Below are positions 55,626 to 64,000 of a stretch of 64,000 bases of DNA, piece after piece. The position numbers and the translations under genes are program-made. How positions within the stretch are numbered: the first letter of the stretch is position 1; every line of letters begins with the position of its first letter. The notes beneath the pieces were generated by a model. That model saw nothing but the letters and a program-made list of their open reading frames with translations, searched no databases and was not told the DNA's origin. The stretch comes from Gracilinanus agilis (taxonomy: Eukaryota): the NCBI RefSeq assembly GCF_016433145.1, contig NC_058132.1:85070210-85134209 (forward strand), read 5' to 3'.

Positions 55626-57345
55626 GTAAGTTGATGAAATTGCTCAGCTTTAGCTTTAATGTAAGGAAAATCCTCCTAATAATTAGAACTACCTTCAAGT
55701 GGAATGTGCTGTCTTGGGAGGTACTGGGTTCCTCTACTAGAGATCTTCAAACAGAGCCTAGATGTCAGAGACATTATAAAAAACAACCCTGGTCAGATCT
55801 GGTTGGACTAGATGGTTTCTGGAGTACCTTTTAACTCTGAGATGGTTCTCTTCCCTCTATTATGAACATAATCTCCCCTGTTCCTGTTGAAAATAAAAGC
55901 CATTATTGTTATAACATATATACATGTTATGTTAGTGGAGATTTCAGATACGTTGTAAATCATCTAGGAGAAAGTTACATAGCCAGTAGATGAAAATCTT
56001 CACATTATTTAACCAGGGTAAGCAGTATGAGGCTAGAGAGGATTGAGTTATTCCTTGGAACAAAAAGACAGAAATTTCAGAGGAAGAAGAAAGATGAGAT
56101 GAAGGCTTTGTTGTGGGAACCAGGTTGAAACAAGAGCTGTTTAAGTTTAGAGAATCACAAAATCTCAATATTGAAAGTGACCTAAGAAACTGTCAAATCT
56201 TCCTTAAACCTGAACAAGAATCCCCTCAAAAGTACTTTCAGTAACCAAACCTCCAGCCTTTGCTTGACAATTTCTATTAGACTTCCTCCTCACCTTTGAG
56301 TAGCATGAACTTATAGGCTCTTTACCTGATGTCTGTGAAGTGTTTAAAAATGTTTTGATAACTTTTTCAATATTAATGATTTCCTTTGTAATGCTGTATA
56401 TTTTATTTTATATATTTAAAAATATGATTCTGAGAAAGAATTTATAGGCCCCTTCATATTTTCATGAATCTATGGCACAACAATGTTTAAGAACCCTTGG
56501 TCTAATTGCTAATAAGTTTTCCTTCTATCGGTACCAAAATTGTCTCTGCAGAGACCATTATGATGAGCACAGGGACATAGGGGACTTTATACTAGGGTGC
56601 TGCTTCTCTGTAGCTTCTTCACCATGTAACATCATCTTTCTCTAGGAAGAAATGTCCCCTTCCCTATCCCGAGTGTTGGCACCCTGAGCAAAGAAAACAT
56701 GTCTACTTATACTCCTTGTCCATCACAGGCCACTGACTCCTAGGCACCTCGTTTGCTATTAAGCATCTCTACCTAGATCCATTTTGCTTTATTGCCACAC
56801 TTGTAAGACTTCACCAAACCAAAGAGAACTAACCATTCTCACTCCTACCCCTAATCAACTGACATTCCAGATTCTATTGGTCAACTAGATTTGCATATAT
56901 GGGTGATAAAATATGAGGTCCATTTTTTGCTATTTCCTCTTAAGGAATAAATAGGTAAGGGTGTCAGCCTACAAACCACAAGCATTGTTCCTTTATTTAT
57001 TCATTTTAATTTCTTCTCCAGCATATTTAAAATTCCTAAGCCCGCTTGGCTTCTGAGGAAACTTGGTCCTTCTGACTGGTTTTCAAAAAAAAAAAATTCC
57101 CAATATTTGTTTTAGTCTAAGTGCAGTTTGGGGAGTTCTCCAATCCTCTTTAAGTATTTTAAGGGCCATCATATGAACGAAGAATTAAAATTATTCTCTT
57201 TGGGTCCCATAAGGCAATACTTGAAACTGGGAAGGAGTTACAGACAGAGCCATTTCTGGAATCTGGAATAATGTCAGTTGATTAGTGGTAAAGGTGAAAA
57301 TGGGCAGGTCTCTTTTCTATAAGAAATCTAGATTTGGTCCTATAA

Positions 57346-57618
<273 letters not shown>

Positions 57619-57822
57619 TGAAAAATAGATAGTTTTTTATTGACCTCATGCAATGTCTGAGTAAAGTAAAAGGAAAGAGAAGCCCAAAGCCCTTTAAGAC
57701 CCTTGAAAGATCTCTTTCCCCTCCCCTCCAGATTATACTGCTTCTTGTATCATTTTCTGGTCTTCTATAGAACTTAAAAGTTCAGAGTTGCACTTCGTTC
57801 TATCAAATGTCTCTCTCCAAAC

Positions 57823-58667
57823 TGTAATAAGGGGGTAAGGTGGCTGACAACAGGGGAGCTGGTGGTACAAGTGAGTCACCTGGGCCAGGGAGCCTGTAAC
57901 TACTGTAGCTGGTGATGTGAGACAGTCAGGGATGTGTAGCCTGAGCTGTGATGCCCAGTCAGTCTCCCTGCTATCTACAGGCTCCTTTAAGGTGGAGAGT
58001 GAGGAGCCCCTCCCTGCTGGAGTGAAAGCAGAACTCAACAGGAGGTGAAGCACACACACTTCCTAGACAAAATGGATGTTTGCCCTGTACTTCCTTTGGA
58101 GTCAAGTGGTTGCTATTCTCCCCTCTCCTCAGCCCCCTAGCCCAGAATGATGTTATAAATAACTACAGGAGCTCAGTTTCAGGCTAAGGGTTTATTTAAA
58201 CACAGGAGGGAAAACTGAGGAAAGAGGGTTTAGGGTCTGGAGAAGCTGTTCCTAAGGGTGACTGGCCAGTGTTGGCAATGGACCTAGAAGGTAAGATCAG
58301 TCTGAGGGAACCAGCCCCTCAGCCAGAGATAATTTCCACTGCCCTGATGTTAGGTGATTCACCAGCTAGCCAGATGAAGTTGATGAATTGGTTAGGGGTG
58401 TCCCTGTTGCTAGGCTGACCTAATCTTATTTTCTGCCCACATTCCACAACCCAAACCTCCATTTAACCTTCCTTCCCCCTCCCCGGGCCCCCAAGGGGAA
58501 GTCAGGGATAGCTGGGTGTCTGGGTGAGGTCAAGGAAATCAGAACCCCCAGGTTGGTTCAGCAGGGGTATTTATAGTCCCAGCTCAAACTGCCAGATCTT
58601 GGGACTAGCACCTGCTGGGCCAAAGTTCCATTCTCCTAACTCCCAGGATTGCCTAGGGTAATTTGCA
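57823..58667 (-). mobile_element. Probable solo LTR just downstream of the 57413 exon
   Basis: GC-richer block bounded by TGTAATAAGGG and TTTGCA on +, with tttatt and tatttatag signals. TSD unclear. Confidence 0.55.
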
Positions 58668-59369
58668 AATGCAAGAGATCTTGCATAAATCCTGCATTAC
58701 AAATCCAGGTATAAGTTTTCTGTATTTACTCTTTTTCCCCTTATCATTTTTATGCCTTCCTTTCTGTCTGGTTTTCTTTTTTGCCTTCCTCAAACTAGGC
58801 TGGCTTCTATTGGCTCTTCGTTACAAGGGGTTTGGAGGAAAATGGAGGTGGTTGGCTGTTTAACAGGAATATCAGGCTTGGTGTTTATAGAACAGAAATT
58901 TTGGAGAACTGAGTGTAAGAAATTAGCATCCTTTATTTGTTCATTCATATTCCATAATCATTGAGGTGAGAAATGAAGTTTCTGTCAAGGATTTTTGTCA
59001 CCCATTTCCCTCATCCCTTCTCCTTTCAAATCCTAATTCTAGGAAAATATTTGATAAACTCATTCACACTAAGATAGAAGTAGACTTAAAATATTATCCC
59101 ACCCAAAGAGATTTTTACTGGGCCAGGCACCAAAACATTCCATATATTATTGCTAAAACCTGTCTCCCATAATTTCCTCCCATTGGTCCATTAAGTTCCT
59201 TCAAACCCTTTCTGTTCTCTTGATGTAAATAGAATAAGTCTAATCTCTCTTCTCTGTGACTCTAGATATTTGTAGGATAATATATTTAAAATTAGAAGGT
59301 AACTTAAGGTCAACTTGTCCAACTCCATTATTTTATAAGATGATAAATGATTTGACCATAACAATTCTC

Positions 59370-60660
59370 AAAAACCATCTATCAGGACATATGAAGTTGT
59401 GATCACTGTCAGTGGAGGAAATACTCATACTAATTGAAGCAGAGGTTCTTGAAATATTGTAATGACTTTCATTGCTATTCAGCAATTTACTCTTATTAAC
59501 CCCCTGTTGCCTTACCCACAGTAACTGTTCAGACCTCATCAACTATTCTTAAGAATTCAATATCAACACTTCTTCCTGGCATTCTCATCAGATGACCCTA
59601 TCTTTTTCCTTACTAAGAAGATACTGACTATCCAAAGTGAGCTCCCTTAACTCCTTTCCTCCATACCTTAAAATTTTTCTCTTTACCAACATTACCTTTA
59701 TTTTCAAAGGACGAGGTGACCAAACTTCCTGCCAGAGTTGATCTTTTCCCCTACCCCTGGCCTTTCTCCATTCTTTTCTTCCTTCTTGAAAACCTTGCTC
59801 CATTATATTATCTTTCTCTTTTGTACTTTTGACCTCTCCCCTTTTCACGGGTTCTTTCCCTTATATTTATGAACATGCTCAGTTCTCTCATTCTTTAAAA
59901 AATAAACTACTAAGCAAAAAAAAAGCCTTTCTTTGATCTTTATCTCTTAGAGCTACTTATGCATAGCTAAGTTTTTAGAAAGCATAATTATATTCTTTAC
60001 TTACTACCAAATTACCAACTTCTTTTACTTTGACTTCTGTCCCAAATTTCCTATTGAGTTTGATGCCACAGATATTAATAACAAGCCCTTATTTCCAGGT
60101 CTAGCCTTTTTTTTCAGCCCTCATACTCCATTTGACAATGTTGCTTATCATACTCTTTGTAATCTCTTCTCTCTCTTTGGTTCTCCTCCTAGTTCTATCT
60201 TTTATACATCTTTATTTCTTTTGAGTTTTCTTCCTCCTAACCTCTAAATTTGTATGTTACCCAACGATGGGTTTTGGGTACTTTTCCCTTGTCTCTCTAT
60301 TTGGAAATTTTTATCTCCTTTAATATCTTCATTTATTCCTTATGTTACTCGTTCTCAAACCTGTATATACAGATCTGACCTCCAATTTCCCATTTGAGCT
60401 ACTTTACTAAACATTTCCAACTGGATTTAAATTCACTGTGCTCAAAACAGAATTAATCTTTTGAATGACTCTTATTATTTCCTATATCCCTATTTTTGTT
60501 AGTGGCACCACCATATTTCTAATTGCTCATGCTTGAAACCTTAGAGAAACTCTTATTGCTTTCTCAATATCCATATTGAGTCAGTCAATAACTCTCATTA
60601 ATTCTGTCTCCAAAATATCTTATAGCTGTCCCCTTCCATTTTTATTTTCAGCCTCAGCAT
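59370..60660 (+). mobile_element. Degraded L2 fragment
   Basis: Pyrimidine-rich L2-type ORF2 text. Confidence 0.55.
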
Positions 60661-61269
60661 TTAGGCCTTCATTCTTACTTGTTTTGACTCTTAGGAAGGC
60701 AGGGTGGCTGAGAAAATCAAATGCTCAATTTTGAGTTCAGATCTGCCTATGATGCTAAGTAACAGCAAGATGAACCTAGTCAAGCCACTCAGTAACATAA
60801 ATTTTCACTTTACTCATCTACAAAATAGAAATAGGAATACTTATAATATTCCTATTATTCATAGGGTTATTGTAAGACTCAAGGAAGACAGAGATTTAAA
60901 CATTTTGCAAACTTTAAAATGCTTTATAAATATCAGTTATTTATTCCATCAGAGGTCCCTTCCAATTACAAAATTCTATAATATCTTTTTTATCATCTTC
61001 TGTCCCTCAGTCTTAAATTTAGACCTTTGGATTACTCTTATCCTTGATAGTATTTCCACTGTATAGTAAGTATTCAGAAAATATCTGTTGATTAAATGAA
61101 TGCTGCTAAATTTATTTAATGTTAGAAGTAAGAAAAAGAAGGGTTAATACCCACTGACATTTTCTAAGAATTGGCGAAAGATCCTGAAAAGAGATGCTCT
61201 GTAGGCTTAGATTTTAAACATTTTTCAATCAGAATGAATCCCAGAAGAAAATATTAAACTTTTTCCTAC

Positions 61270-64000
61270 TAATAAAAAAAGAAGACAATCAAATTAACAG
61301 TATCAAAGATGAAAAGAGTCATCTCACCTCTAATGAAGAGCAAATTAAAGTAATTATTAAGAACTATTTTGTCCAACTATGTAGCAATAAATATGACATA
61401 TGACAATCTGGGTAAAACAAATAAATATTTATAAAAATATAAATTGCCTAGGTTAACAAAAGAGGAAATAGAATGCTTAAGTAATCCCATCTCAGATAAA
61501 GAATTTGAACAAACCATCAAGGAACTTTCTAAGAAAAAATCCCCAGGGCCAGATGGACCCACAAGTGAATTCTATCAAACATTTAAAGAACAACTAATAC
61601 CAATACTACACAAATTATTTGACAAAATAAGCAACGAAGGAGTGTTACCGAATTCTTTTTATGACAAAAATATGGTGCTGATTCCAAAGCCAGGCCAACC
61701 AAAAACAGGAAGAAAACTACAGACCAATCTCCTTAATGAATATAGGTGCAAAAATTTTAAATAAAATACTAGCAAAAAAAAAACTAGCAAATTATCACAA
61801 GGATTATTCACTATGACCAGGTGGGATTTATATCAGGAATGCAAGGTCTGTTTAATATTGGGAAAACCATCCACACAATTGACCAACAGAAATCACATGA
61901 TTATCTCAATAGATGCAAAAAAAGCCTTTGACAAATTACAACACCCATTCCTACTGAAAACATTAGAAAGTACAGGAATAAAGGGATCTTCCTCAAAATA
62001 ATGAACAATATATATTTAAAATTATTAGCAAGTATAATCTGCAATGGGGACAAGTTAGAAGTCTTCCCATTAAAATCAGGAGTAAAGCAAGGATGCCCAT
62101 TATCACTTCTATTATTTAATATTATAGTAGAAATGCCAGTGGTGGCAATTAGAGAAGAAAAAGAAATTGAAGGGATTAAAGTAGGCAATGAGGAAACTAA
62201 ACTATCACTCTTTGCAGATGATATGATGGTATAATTAAAGAATTCTAGCAAATTAAACTAAAAAGGGAATAGAAATAATTAACAGCTTTGCTAGTTGCAT
62301 GGTACAAAATAAACTCATATAAATAATCAACATTTCTATATATTTCCAACACAACTCAGCAGCAAGAGTTAAAAAGAGAAACATTTAAAATCACTCTACA
62401 CAATATAAAATAGTTAGGAATCTATCTGCCAAGACAAACACAGGAATTATATGAAGACAACTACAAAACATTTTTCACACAATTAAAACTAGATCTAAAT
62501 AATTGGAAAAGCATTAAAGCATTAATTGTTCATTGGTAGGACGAGCTAACATTATAAAATGGCAATCCTACTCAAATTAATCTACTTATTCAGTGCCATA
62601 CCTATCAAGCTACCAAAAAACTTTTTTATAGAATTAGAAAAAATTATAGCAAAGTTCATTTGGAAGAACAAAAGGTCAAGAAATATTAAGGGAACTAATG
62701 AAAAAAAATGTGAATGATGGGTGGCGTAGCAGTACCAGATCTTAAACTGTACTGTAAAGCAGTGGTCATCAAAACATTATGGTACTGGTTAAGAGACTAG
62801 AAGGAGGGATCAATGAAATAGCCTTGGGGTAAATGACGTCAGCAAGTTAATGTTCAATAAACCCAAAGATCACAGCTATTGGGACAAGAATTTGACAAAA
62901 ACTGCTGGGAAAATTGGGAAACAGTATGGGAAAAATCAGGTTTAGATCAACACCTCATACCCTATACCAAAATAAATTCAAAATGGGTAAATGTCTTAAA
63001 TATAAAAAGTGAAATCATGGATAAATTAGATGAATATAGAATAGTATAACTGTCAGATCTGTGGGGAAGGAAGGCATTTAAGACCAAGCAAGAGATAGAG
63101 GACATTACAAAATGTAAAATGAATGACTTTGATTATATCAAATTAAAAAGCTTTTGTACAAACAAAAACAATGCAACTGAAATTAGAAGGAAAGCAACAA
63201 ACTGGGGAAAAATTTATAATAAAACTCTCTGACAAAGGTTTAATTTCCCAAACATATAAGGAACTAAGTCAAATTTACAAAAATTCAAGCCATTTCCCCA
63301 GTTGACAAATGGTCAAGGGATATGAGTAGGCAGTTTTCAGATGAAGAAATCAAAATTATCAATAATCACATGAAAATTTGTTCTAAATCCCTCCTGATTA
63401 GAGAAATGTAAATTAAAACAACACTGAGGTACCACCTCACATCTAGTAGACTGGAAAATATGGCAGCAAAGGAAAGTGATAAATGTTGGAGGGGATGTGG
63501 CAAAATTAGGACACTAATAAGTTGCTGGTAGAGTTGTGAATTAATCCAACCATTCTGGAGGGCAATTTGGAATTATGCACAAAGGGCTTTAAAAGACTGT
63601 CTGCCCTTTGATCCAACCTTATCACTGCTAGGTTTGTACCCCAAAGAGATAATAAGGAAAAAGACTTATACAAAAATAATTATAGCCATGCTCTTTGCAG
63701 TGGCAAAAAAATTGGAAAATGAGGGGATGTCCCTCGATTGGGGAATGAACAAATTGGGTATCTGATGTTGGTGGAATACTACTGTGCTGAAAGGAAACAT
63801 GAACTGGAGGAATTCCATGTGAACTGGAACGACCTCCAGGAAGTGATGCAGAGTGAAAGGAGCAGAGCCAGAAAAGAACATTGTACACAAAGACTGATAC
63901 ACTGTGGCACAATTGAATGTATAAGATTTTTCTACTAGCAGCAATGCAATGATCCAGGACAATTTTGAGGGACTTATGAGAAAGAACGCTATCCACATCC
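61270..64000 (+). mobile_element. 5'-truncated L1 (ORF2 RT through C-terminus, into the 3' UTR), frameshifted and non-coding
   Basis: [29 protein letters not shown]; [24 protein letters not shown]; SGVKQGCPLSLLLFNI; LSLFADDMMV. Confidence 0.95.

Noticed and set aside
61377-63998. Cluster of 60-120 aa ORFs
   Set aside because: Frameshifted L1 ORF2 pieces or their antisense frames, not a host gene or an active L1.

Overview
Eukaryotic, AT-rich, CpG-poor, repeat-dense genomic DNA from a marsupial, very likely opossum (Monodelphis-type tRNA-derived SINE1 copies plus MIR, L2, L3, RTE, L1 and ERV content). The only host gene is CSMD2 on the + strand. Twelve consecutive GT-AG, phase 1-1 coding exons (1824-57586; 1992 nt, 664 codons) splice into one open frame encoding a Sushi domain, the last CUB domain and eight domains of the tandem Sushi array. 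The gene begins and ends outside the window. Introns hold: a decayed class I ERV (gag-pro-pol, minus strand, about 19.8-28.4 kb, 5' LTR only) with nested insertions; several other LTR pieces; five L1 remnants; L2, L3 and RTE fragments; SINEs; and hAT MITEs. There are two N gaps, and one is flanked by an apparently identical 2300-bp duplication that looks like an assembly artefact. The most interesting observations are retroviral: (1) a Gag frame that starts with a transmembrane segment plus coiled coil instead of a myristoylated matrix; (2) a shared ERV module ending in a stem-loop with compensatory base changes immediately before a PPT, seen in three diverged copies; (3) an inverted PPT/PBS junction element inside an L1. 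All family names come from memory, not database searches. I cannot confirm novelty without tools.
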